A stretch of DNA of 16,981 nucleotides from Octopus sinensis (taxonomy: Eukaryota), in contig NW_021824998.1 in the NCBI RefSeq assembly GCF_006345805.1, forward strand, positions 1 through 16,981, in the 5' to 3' direction. Numbering within the stretch: the stretch's first letter is position 1; the number at the start of each line of letters is the position of its first letter. Of this stretch, positions 1 through 10,652 are shown piece by piece. Under the pieces are notes generated by a model. The model made no database searches. It had not been told where the DNA came from and saw only the letters and a program-made list of their open reading frames with translations. A program made the position numbers and the translations under genes.

Positions 1-812
1 ATTAGATATGGGGACTGTGGTGGCCAGATAAGATGTTCAACTTCACACTAGAATGTTCATCGTGCCATTCAGTAACAACTTTAGCTGTGTGAATTGGTGC
101 ATTAACATCCTGAAAGATTGTGTTTCCCTCCGGAAACAGTTCCGCAACCATAGGATAAATTTGATACGATAAAATGCTTAAATAGTCTTGACTATTAATT
201 CTGCCATGAAGGGAAACCATTGGGCCGGCTGATTTCCAAGATATAGCTCCCCGGATCATCACAGATCCTCCTTCATGTTAAACAGTTGGAAAAAGGTAGT
301 CTGGGTCAAATGCTCCTTTTGGCTGTCACTACACGTATACTCGCCTGGTGGTTGGGAAAATAAGGTAAAGGATGACTCGTCCGAGAAAATAACATCTTCC
401 ACTGCTCTAGGGACCAATTCTGTAGGTTTTTACTCCACTCTAAACGCTTTGCAACATTTGTTTTTGAAAGTAGTGGTTTTCTGATTGCAGCCCTACCGTG
501 AAATCCAACTTTGTGCAGCTCCCGGTGAACAGTTTTTGTGGAAACTGGGTTCTCGAGGTAGTCATGAAGCTCTGCAGTAATTTTAGGAGCTGTATTTTGT
601 AATCCTTTCTAACAATTCGCGATCGAGTCCGACGGTCCCAATCTGAAAGTTTCGGATTTCTTCCGGAGTTTTGTTTCGACGAGGAGGTTTTTCCCTATTC
701 CTCAAGGGCTGTCATTACTTTCGAAACAGTACTTCTTGATACACCAAACATTTCGGCTGTTTTCGTTACGCTAGTGCTTGCCATACGAACACCAACAATT
801 TGACCCCTTGGT
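1..812 (-). mobile_element. Tc1-family DNA transposon, transposase pseudogene (runs off the left window edge; 5' end lost at a SINE junction)
   Basis: Minus-strand translation pieced across frameshifts and stops: RGQIVGVRMASTSVTKTAEMFGVSRSTVSKVMTA (HTH), VIFSDESSFTLF (first catalytic D at 379-381), GGSVMIRGAISW, FQDVNAPIH (QDDN motif). Several in-frame stops (e.g. RVYV**QPK, PTV*HEGG). Confidence 0.92.
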
Positions 813-1157
813 TGCTGGCTCAGTGTGTGACGCCTTGGGCAAGTGTCTTCTATTATAGCCTCGGGCCGACTAACGCCTTGTGAGTGGATTTTGTAGACGG
901 AAACTGAAAGAAGCCCATCGTATGTGTGTGAGAGTGTGTCTTTGTGCTTGTGTTTATTCCTCATTACACCTTGGTAACCGGTGTTGGTGTGTTTATGTCC
1001 CCGTATCTTAGCGATTCGGCAAAAGAGGTCGATTGTATAAGTACTAGACTTAAGAAATAAGTCCTGGGGGTCGATTCGTTCGACTAAAACCCTTCAAATC
1101 GGTGTTCCAGCATGGTCGGAGTCAAATGACTGAAGCAAGTAAAAGAATAAAAGAATA
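810..1157 (+). mobile_element. SINE family A (tRNA-derived, CORE-like centre, internal microsatellite linker), 5'-truncated copy
   Basis: CCTTGGGCAAGTGTCTTCTA...GGAAACTGAAAGAAGCCC core, TG-rich linker, 3' body ending CCAGCATGGTCGGAGTCAAATGACTGAAGCAAGTAAAAGAATAAAAGA; homologous to 11631-12080 and 12288-12780. Confidence 0.88.
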
Positions 1158-1242
1158 GATACACATAAGATGATTAAAAAATACATATAAATACATACAT
1201 ATTTATTCATTTAAACACTTTCTCCCTCTCTTTCTCTCTAAT

Positions 1243-1306
1243 ATACATACATACATACATACATACATACATACATACATACATACATACATACATACAT
1301 ACATAC
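1243..1306. repeat. (TACA)n microsatellite
   Basis: Pure tandem TACA units. Confidence 0.97.
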
Positions 1307-1789
1307 ACGGGTATTTACACTTATAACATAAGTTCAAGAGGCCTCGTTGGCAGCTAATCACAACCAACACGGTTGGCTGAACAAGAGAACGAGTACAATA
1401 CTAGCTATGGCTGCCTTGTTCGTTGCGTCGATGTCACAGAGCAGACGACACACAACTACACACTTATTCAACCTTACATATATACATATCTGCCTGCTTT
1501 CATCTATATATATTCATGTATATTCATATATATATATATATTAATTTTAAATTATATAGCCGTTTGTGTGCGTAAAGGAATAATCTTCTTGTAAGGCGAA
1601 GTTAACGGACAAGGCAGAAATAATGAAGAAGGTCAAACGAACCAAAGTGAACGACATATCTCCCTGGTCATTGGGTTTATTCAATAAAGATTTACTTAAT
1701 CTCTGAATATATACACAATTTTAATATCCATGTTTTGGTACACGTTTGTACATATATAGATACTTAAGTGTTTATTCATATAGTATTAT

Positions 1790-1956
1790 GCCTATGTATG
1801 TATGTATGTATGTATGTATGTATGTATGTATGTATGTATGTATGTATATATGTATGTATGTATGTATGTGTGTATGTGCACACACACATACAGATATATA
1901 TATATAAATTATGTATATATGTGTATGTATGCATGTATGTATGTGCGTTTATGTGT

Positions 1957-1998
<42 letters not shown>

Positions 1999-2107
1999 CA
2001 TATTATTAATATATGTATATATATACATATATATATATATTATATATGTTATATATATATTCTATATGTATATATATAAATTACATATGTATATATGTAT
2101 ATACATA

Positions 2108-2140
<33 letters not shown>

Positions 2141-2200
2141 GTATATATGTCCTATTTATATATGTGTGTGTGTATATGTCGTATTTATATGTGTGTATGA
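1790..2200. repeat. Compound (TATG)n/(TA)n microsatellite
   Basis: TATG array followed by interrupted TA arrays. Confidence 0.95.
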
Positions 2201-2399
2201 TATACTTTAACGAAGAATATATTTGTACACACATATATCCATATATGTATGCATTCATACTCACTTATGTATATAAAGACACAGGCGCATGTGCATATAT
2301 ATTTACACATACATTGGTAGACATACATACACTAATATACGTATATATTGTACGCAGGATTAATTTTATTTAATCGCTTGTTCGATAAATCTTTTACAC

Positions 2400-3080
2400 C
2401 CAAAGCCACGACAATAACACAAATAACAACAACGACAATAACGACGGCGATGACGATGATTACCACTTTGGTGGCGGCTGCGGCTGCGGCGGTGGCGGTG
2501 GTGGTGGTGGTGGTGGTGGTGGTGGTGGTGGTGGTGGTGGTGGCGGCGGTGGTGGTTGTTTTGGTGGTGGCGTCGGAGGCGGTGGTGGTGGTGGTGGTGG
2601 TGGCGTCGGCGGCGGTGGTGATGGTGGTGGTTGTGGTGGTGGTGGTTTTGGTGGCGGTGGTGGTGGTGGTGGTAGTTTTGGTGGCGGTGGTGGTGGTGGT
2701 GGTGGTGGTGGTGGTGGTGGTGGTGGTGGTGGCGGCGGCGGTGGTGGTGGTGGCAGCGGCGGCGGCGGCGGCGGTGGTGGTGGTGGTGGTGGTGGTGGTG
2801 GTGGTGGTAATTACGACTATGTCGATGATGATAACGATGACGACTACAACGAGGAGGAGGAGGAGGCGAGGAAGAGAGGTGAGGGGCAGGAGATGGAATA
2901 AGACGAGGCCGATGACGACGATGGCCACGATACTAATGAGCATAAAGGATGATGTAGATGGTGACGACGACAACGTAAACAACTACAACTATCTCATCTG
3001 CAACAACAAAAACAACAAAAACAACAACAGCAGCAGCAGCAGCAGCAGAAGTAAGACTACAAGCAACACAAACAAAGCAA
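2400..3080. repeat. Compound trinucleotide repeat tract with a (GGT/GCG)n core at ~2468-2808, flanked by AAC, GAC/GAT, GAG and AGC triplets
   Basis: Directly visible; produces the poly-Val and poly-Thr ORFs in the track. Confidence 0.93.
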
Positions 3081-3091
3081 CAACAATAACA

Positions 3092-3143
3092 AACACACAC
3101 ACACACTCAGATATATATCTATATATATATATATATATATATA

Positions 3144-3178
<35 letters not shown>
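3092..3178. repeat. (CA)n/(TA)n microsatellite
   Basis: Directly visible. Confidence 0.95.
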
Positions 3179-3180
<2 letters not shown>

Positions 3181-3184
3181 ATAA

Positions 3185-3428
3185 GTATCAAGATATTGCC
3201 ATAGTAACGAAGCTATCGATTGCAGAGTAAAGTCGCTTGGAACTGATTGACCTTGAACTCTGCTGTGCATGCACACTAAGTTTTAACGTTCTAGCTAACT
3301 TCTACTGTTTACAACAGTGCTTGGAAGGAAGGTGTGTAGCGTGTGATCGTTGCATTGACCATGATGAAGAAAGTTGCGCAGAGAATCTGCATCAAATTTT
3401 GCCAAATGCTTGGCGATACCTGCTCAGA
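3185..3428 (+). mobile_element. Mariner-family transposon 5' fragment (leader plus transposase N-terminus)
   Basis: ATG at 3361 reads MMKKVAQRICIKFCQMLGDTCSDLY, matching the mariner transposase start motif EQRxCIKFCxxLG; cut off at the (TA)n/SINE junction. Confidence 0.78.
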
Positions 3429-3429
3429 T

Positions 3430-3517
3430 TTATATATATATATACGACGGGCTTCTTTCTGTTTCCGAAACCATGTGGTTGGTAAGCAAGCTACTTACCA
3501 CACAGCTACTCCTGCGT
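3430..3517 (-). mobile_element. SINE family A head with an internal deletion
   Basis: ACGACGGGCTTCTTTCTGTTTCCG joined directly to AAACCATGTGGTTGGTAAGCAAGCTACTTACCACACAGC; the copy at 11917-12080 has 89 extra nt between these blocks. Confidence 0.9.
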
Positions 3518-3574
3518 ATGTATGTATGTATGTATGTATGTATGTATGTATGTATGTATGTATGTATGTATGTA
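3517..3574. repeat. (TATG)n microsatellite, left flank of the RTE LINE
   Basis: Directly visible. Confidence 0.96.
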
Positions 3575-4502
3575 TAAAGATAAAGGTGTACAAGGCATGT
3601 GTGCTCCCTTCTCTTCTCTATGCCTGTGAGACGTGGGTCACATATCGATATCACCTTAGACATCTGGAACGTTTCCATCAGATGTGCTTCAGACGGATCT
3701 ATAGCATTAAGTGGAAGGACCGCATCAGTGATCTCGAAATACTCGAAGGCTCTCGGTGTGAAAGTATAGAAGCTCTTGTGTTAAAGCAAAGGCTCAGATG
3801 GAGTGGTCATCTGGTCAGAATGAAGTATTCAAGGATGCCAAAACAACTCTTTTATGGAGAGTTAGCTAAGGAGAACGACCTCCACATAAACCAAAAAATA
3901 GGTATAAGGACTTGCTGAAGGCTTCCTTAAGAGATGCTTGCATCTCTCCTGACACATGGGAAGGCATAGCTATTGATCGTAGCAGGTGGAGAAGGATTGT
4001 GCATGAGGGGACAGCCACGTTTCAGAAATCTCGAGTTGCACATGAGAAAGTAAGGAGGGACGTCAGGAAGGGCACCGCGGTTACACTTCCAGAAGGGAAG
4101 GGTCTTCCTTTGATTCTGACATGCAATGTCTGTGCAAGACCCTGCCTGAGTAAAGCTGGACTCATGAGTCATCTTCGTAGTCATAAAACGAGACAGATGA
4201 GTGACAACCTGGCACTGGCCATGGTGTGATGTATGTAACACACCATACTAATCATATCTGTCGGGCATGTGGAAGACTGTGTAATTGGGCAGGAGGACTT
4301 AAACGACGTGCAAAGGTACATGAAGCCCAGTTACAACTACAGCCGGCTATTACCGGTAAAGGTTTTAGTTGCCAGTTTGTACAAGACATTGTAGATCTTT
4401 AGCTGGCTAAAAAGTCACATCGTCGATTAGCACCAGCAACAGTTAAGCTTCGTGCAATGGCCATACTCGATAACGAAGGGGCAGCCATAATAATAAAAAA
4501 AA
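3575..4502 (+). mobile_element. RTE-clade non-LTR retrotransposon, 5'-truncated 3' end of ORF2 with C-terminal zinc fingers and (TAA)n/A tail
   Basis: KIKVYKACVLPSLLYACETW...LERFHQMC...RLRWSGHLVRM..SRMPKQLFYGEL, frameshift near 3872, then RYKDLLKASL...WEGIAIDRSRWR. These are typical RTE/BovB post-RT motifs. The 3' end is ATGGCCATACTCGATAACGAAGGGGCAGCC-ATAATAATAAAAAAAA. Confidence 0.93.
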
Positions 4503-4526
4503 TGTATGTATGTATGTACGTATGTA

Positions 4527-4563
<37 letters not shown>

Positions 4564-4585
4564 ATATATATATCTATATATATAT
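4503..4585. repeat. (TATG)/(TG)/(TA) microsatellite, right flank of the RTE LINE
   Basis: Directly visible. Confidence 0.94.
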
Positions 4586-4589
4586 TATC

Positions 4590-4790
4590 TTTTATGAGTT
4601 TCAATCATTGAGCTACGGACATGTTAAGGTGTCACCGTGCAGAGTTTTGCCGTCTGGTACTTATTCCATCAGTTTCGTTTCTGCACCGCGAAGAGGGCGC
4701 GTAAACAAACTAACACCAGTGGATAAGTGGTGTGTTTTTGGGTGGTTGACAAACATGTATATATAGACACACAAACACACAGACATATAT
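4590..4790 (-). mobile_element. Diverged SINE family A 3' half
   Basis: GTTTCAATCATTG...GGTACTTATTCCATC...CGTAAACAAACTAACACC...GACAAACA aligns by eye to 11631-11815. Confidence 0.7.
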
Positions 4791-4838
4791 ATGTAAATAT
4801 GTATGTATATGTGTATGTGTGTGTGTAGTTGTATACAT

Positions 4839-4883
<45 letters not shown>

Positions 4884-4949
4884 TTTAATATATACGTTTA
4901 AATATTTGTTGTGCAAGATTTTTTATGTGAAGTATTGTGTTGAAACAGA

Positions 4950-5192
4950 TATTGTTGTATTTAGGAATGGTCATTTTACCAGTATAGCCAATAAAAACAC
5001 ACGCACAATATATTTGGTGTTACTTTGCTTCAGTATTATTTATTTTTTACATTTATCTTAATCTTATTTCGGCCATTAATATTAAGACTAATGTAAAAAA
5101 TAAATAACACTGAAGGAAAGTAACACCAAAATATAGTGCGTGTGTTTTTATTGGCTAAACTGGCAAAATGACCCTTCCTAAATACAACAATA
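4950..5192. mobile_element. Fold-back palindromic element (MITE-like), ~113-bp arms and 18-nt loop, between (TA)n tracts
   Basis: 4950-5062 is the reverse complement of 5081-5192 with about 9 differences. Confidence 0.8.
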
Positions 5193-5195
<3 letters not shown>

Positions 5196-5270
<75 letters not shown>

Positions 5271-5300
5271 TATATATAGAGATATATATATATATAGACA
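5196..5300. repeat. (TA)n microsatellite
   Basis: Directly visible. Confidence 0.96.
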
Positions 5301-5394
5301 TACATACAACCCACAATGAAAGAAAAAGAGGGAGGAGGAGGGGGGGGAGAGAGAGAGAAAGCGACAGACAGACTGACACACACCACAACATACA

Positions 5395-5510
5395 CAGGCA
5401 ATCTCGGTCTACCGAATTCATTCACAATGCATCAATCGACCCGAGGCAATTGCAAAAGACGCTTGCTAAAGGTGCTTCGTGGTGGGACTGAACCACAAAA
5501 ATCCACTCGG
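5395..5510 (-). mobile_element. Diverged SINE family A head/core
   Basis: TCTACCGAATTCATTCACAA...CCCGAGGCAAT...AAGACGCTTGCTAAAGGTGC...GTGGGACTGAACC matches 11941-12030 with many substitutions. Confidence 0.72.
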
Positions 5511-5604
5511 TTGAAAAGGCGCGAGCTTTAGCCTGCATGACCTGCCAATTCTAGTCGAGCCCTTTATCGCTATATTTAAAAAGAATCCGATATCTTCAAA
5601 ACCA

Positions 5605-7006
5605 ATGAACCCCAATCCAACCAACCATCCATGCATACATACATGCATACATACTTTCAACTATCCATCCACCCATCCATCCATCCATCCACCCACACAT
5701 CCATCCATCCATCCACCCATTGATCCATCCATCCATCCATGCATCCATCCACCACTCCATCCATCCATCCATCCATCCATCCACCCGACCATCCATCCAT
5801 CCATCCACCCATCCATCCATCCATCCATTTCCATTCACCATCCACCCATCCATCCATCCATCCATCAACCCATACGCCAATCCATCCATCCATATCCAAT
5901 CCATATCATCCAATCCATCCACCCATCCACCATCAATCCAACCATCCAACCATCCATCCATCCATCCACCCCATCAATCCATCCATCCAATCAAACCACA
6001 AATCCAAAAACCAATCATCATCCATCACCCATCCATCCATCCAATCCACAAAATCCCCATCCATCACATCCATCCCACCATCAAGAACCCATCCATCCAA
6101 ATCCAAACCCATCCATCCCACACAACCCAGTCCACCACCCACCAACCCATCCATCACCATCCACCCCATCCATCCAGAACCAAGCCATCCATACCATACC
6201 ATCCAGCCTATCCAAATCCCACCAATCAGATCATCCACCCATCCACACCACATCCCCCCACCAATCCAATACCACCCACGCCCAATCACATCATCAACAC
6301 AATCCATCAATCCATCCACCCCATCCATCCACCCCATCCATTATCCATCCATACATCCATCATCCCATCCACCCATAACCACCCACCCACCAATCATCCA
6401 CACCAACCCATCCATCCATCCACCCATCAATCCATCCACCCATCCAGCCAACCATCCAACCATCCACCAATCCATTCGCCCATCCAACCATCCATCCATC
6501 CATGCACCCAACCATCCATCCATCCACACATCCATCTATCCACCCATCCAACTATCCATCCACCGATCCACCCATCCATCCATCCAACCACCCATCCACC
6601 CATCCATCCATCGATCCACCCATCCAACCATCCGCCCACCCATCCACACATCCATCCATCCATCCACCCATCCATCCATCCACCCATCCATCCAACCATC
6701 CATCCATCCACCCACCCACCCATCAATCCATCCACCCAACCATCCACACATCCATCCATCCACCCATCCATCCATCCATCCACCCACCTATCCATCAATC
6801 CATCAATCCATCCACCCATCAATCCATCCATCCAACCACCCATTCATCCATCCACCCATCCACCCATCCATTCATCCATCCTTCCATCCATCAATCCATC
6901 CATCCATCCATTCACCCATCCATCCATCCATCCATCCACCCATCAATCCATCCATCCATTCATCTATCCATCCTATCCATCCATCCATCCATCCATCCAT
7001 CCATCC
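5605..7006. repeat. Degenerate (TCCA)n tetranucleotide satellite, left part
   Basis: CATC/CACC/CAAT variants throughout; explains the stop-free SIHP-repeat ORFs. Confidence 0.96.
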
Positions 7007-7233
7007 TATTTCTTTATTACCCACAAGGGGCTAAACACAGAGGGGACAAACAAAGACAGACAAACGAATTAAGTCGATTATATCGACCCCAGTGCGTAAC
7101 TGGTATTAATTTATCGACCCCGAAAGGATGAAAGGCAAAGTCGACCTCGGCAGGAATTTGAACTCAGAACGTAACGGCAGACGAACTACCGCAAAGTATT
7201 TCGCCCGGCGTGCTAACGTTTTGCCAGCTCGCC
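7007..7233 (-). mobile_element. Full-length SINE family B inserted in the satellite
   Basis: Reverse complement reads GGCGAGCTGGCAAAACGTTAGCACGCCGGGCGAAAT...GAGTTCAAATTCC (A/B boxes)...GTCGACTTTGCCTTTCATCCTTTCGGGGTCGATAAA...CCCCTTGTGGGTAATAAAGAAATA. Confidence 0.93.
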
Positions 7234-9475
7234 ATCATGCCACCCAGTCCATTCATTCACCATCCATCACATACCATCCATCCATCCATACCACCCATCC
7301 ATCCATCCACCATCCACCCATTCATCATCCATCCATCATCCATCAATCAACATCCATCCATCCATCCATCCTTTCACCCCATCCATCCATCCATCATCAA
7401 TCCATCCATCCATCCATCCATCCATCCACCCATCAATCTATCCATCCATCCATCCATCCATCCACCCATCCATCCATCCATCCATCCATCCATCCACCCA
7501 TCCATCCATCCATACTTCCATCCTTCAATCCATCCATCCATCCATACTTCCATCCATCCATCCATCCATACTTCCATCCATCTATCCATCCACCCGTCCA
7601 TCCATCCGTCCATCCATCCACCCATCAATCCATCCACCCATCCACCCATCCATCCATCCACCCATCCATCCATCCATACTTCCATCCTTCAATCCATCCA
7701 TCCATCCATCCACCCACCCATCCATCCATCCACCCATCCATCCACTCATCCATCCACCCACCCATCCATCCATCCACCCATCAATCCATCCACCCATCCA
7801 CCCATCCATCTATCCATCCATACATCCATCAATCCATCCACCCATCCACCCACCCATCCATCTACCCACCCATCCATCCATCTACCCATCCATCCACCCA
7901 TCCATCCACCCACCCATCCATCCATTCACCCATCAATCCATCCACCCAACCACCCATCCATCTATCCATCCATTCATCCATCAATGCATCCACCCATCCA
8001 CCCACCCATCCATCCATCCACCCATCCATCCACCCATCCATCTACTCCACCATCCATCCATCCACCCATCAATCCATCCACCCATCCACCCATCCTTCTA
8101 TCCATCCATACATCCATCAATCCATCCACCCATCCACCCATCCATCCATCCATCCATCCACCCACCCACCCACCCACCCATCCATCTTTCCATCCACCCA
8201 CCCATCCATCCATCCACCCATCCATCCACCCATCCATCCATCCACCCATCCGTCCATCCATCCATCCACCCATCCATCCATCCACCCATCCATCCATCCA
8301 TTCACCCATCAATCCATCCACCCACCCACCCATCCATCTATCTATCCTTCCACCCATCCATCCATCCACACCTTCCATCCACCATAATCCATTCACCCAT
8401 CCCACCATCCATCTACCATCCATACTCCATCAATCCATCCACCCATCCAACCCATCCATCCATCCATCCATCACCCATCCATCCGTCCATCCATCCATCC
8501 ACCCACCCATCCACATCCACCCATAAAAACCCATCATCCGTCCATCCATTCCGTCATCCATCCACCAGTCTCCATCCATGCATCCACAAGCATCCCATCC
8601 ATCCTTCCACCCATCAGTCCATCCATCCATCCAACATCCATCCATCCACCCACCATCCATCCATCCACACATCAATCCATCCATACCTTCCACCCTCCAA
8701 TCCATCCATCCATCCACCAATCAAATTCCATCCATCCATCCCAATTCCATACATCAATCCAAATCCATCAAGACCCATCCACCCATCCATTAAGCCATCA
8801 ATCCCACCCACCACCTACCCACCCTCCACCCATCCATCCATCCATCCATCCACCCACCATTCCGTCCAAACCAATCCATCCAATCATCCCACTCAGAAAC
8901 ACCACCCATCCATCCATCCGTCCCCACACCACCCACCCACATCCACCCATCCATCCATCCCACCACATCCATCCATCCATCCCCCATCCATCCATCCATC
9001 CATATATCATCCATAATCCACCCATCCATCCATCCACCCACCCCATCCACCCATCCATCAAATCCATCCACATCCATCAAGACCCCTCCATCCATCCAGC
9101 ATGCATGCATGCATCCATCCATCCCATTCCATCCATCATCCATCAATCCATCCACCCTCCATCCATCCATCCAGATCCAATCCATCCATCCAATCAATCC
9201 ATCCACCAATCCATCCATCCATCCAACCTCCATCCATCCATGCATCCATGCATGCATGCATCCATCCATCATCCACTCATCCATTCCACCCTCCATCCAT
9301 TCATGCAGCATGCATCCATCCATCCATCCATCCATCCATCAATCCATCCATCCATCCACCCTCCATCCATTCATGCATGCATGCATCCATCCATCCATCC
9401 ATCCATCCATCAATCCATCCATCCACCCTCCATCCATTCATGCATGCATCCATCCATCCATCCATCTACCCACCC
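7234..9475. repeat. Degenerate (TCCA)n satellite, right part, with TGCA-variant zone at ~9100-9450
   Basis: Directly visible. Confidence 0.96.
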
Positions 9476-9589
9476 AGCCTGCCACTTCACAATATATTCA
9501 GCATTCTATCTAATTTGCTGTACCTCATTCACTCTACCTTTTTTTTCTACAGCATCTCCGTCTCTCCCCTCTATGTGTCTACCCACCCC

Positions 9590-9841
9590 ACTGTCTCTCT
9601 CTTTCTTTCTCTCTCCCCCTCTCTTTATCTCTCATCTATTAAAAGATTCACACCTACGCCCACGCGCTTCATATTTGCATATCTGTCACGCTTTCTCTCT
9701 CTCTCTGTCCTCTTTTTGTCTCTCCACATATTATAAAGATACAAATACACTCTCTCTCTTTCTCTCCTCTCTCTCTCTCTCTCTCACTCACATGTTATCT
9801 CTCTCTTTCTCACACACACTCTCATTCTCTTTCTCTCTCTT

Positions 9842-9872
<31 letters not shown>

Positions 9873-10044
9873 GTATATATATATAAATATATACATGCAC
9901 ACACATACACATACACACACACACAAATATACCCGCGAATATACCCAGTCCTCTTATAGTTGAACCCTGATTTAATCTCCTTAACTAGAAAATAAAACCT
10001 ACTTGATTCCTCAAACTTTTCATCACTAATCTCTCTCTCACTCA

Positions 10045-10076
<32 letters not shown>

Positions 10077-10121
10077 CTATCTGTCTATCTATCTATCTAT
10101 GTTTAACTATCTATCTATCTG

Positions 10122-10200
<79 letters not shown>

Positions 10201-10212
10201 GTCTATCTATTA
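9590..10212. repeat. (CT)n/(CA)n low-complexity tract and (TCTA)n microsatellite (~10055-10212)
   Basis: Directly visible. Confidence 0.92.
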
Positions 10213-10411
10213 TCTGTATGTATGATGTCTGTCTATAACAAGCACATATAAATCTATTATATAGATATACACATAAATACATATATATACGCACACGAGC
10301 ATGTATAACCACATATTCACACACATACACGCATACATACACTCCCGCATACAAACACGCACGTGCATACATACATTTACATATACACATACCTTCCACC
10401 CTATCATCTCC

Positions 10412-10613
10412 TACCACCACCACCACCACCACCACCACCAGCACAACCACCAGCACAACCACCACCATTATCACCCTCCACCACCACCGTCACCACCACC
10501 GTCACCGTCACCACCACCACCACCACCGCCACCACCACCATTATCACTCTCCACCACCACCACCACCACCACCACCACCACCACCACCACCACCACCACC
10601 ACCGCCACCACCA

Positions 10614-10652
<39 letters not shown>

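Noticed and set aside
1768-2373. ORFs of YI/MYVC repeats
   Set aside because: Translations of (TA)n and (TATG)n microsatellites.
3343-3918. 191-aa ORF as a single gene
   Set aside because: It is an accidental in-frame chain of mariner N-terminus, SINE fragment, microsatellite and RTE ORF2; there is no evidence it is a selected fusion.
4307-4309. His>Arg (CAT>CGT) in ZF2 as a retrotransposed A-to-I edit
   Set aside because: A single A>G transition is the commonest kind of neutral change; this cannot be supported without an excess of A>G against a family consensus.
9500-9552. Branch-point-like CTAAT, polypyrimidine tract and CTACAG acceptor-like site
   Set aside because: The downstream sequence is low-complexity CT repeat with no convincing exon or donor; such motifs are expected in a pyrimidine-rich block.
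5596-9959. Many long ORFs (up to 450 aa) rich in His/Pro/Ser/Ile or Met/Asp/Gly/Trp
   Set aside because: (TCCA)n and its complement contain no stop codons in any frame, so long ORFs are automatic; there is no domain content or splice evidence.
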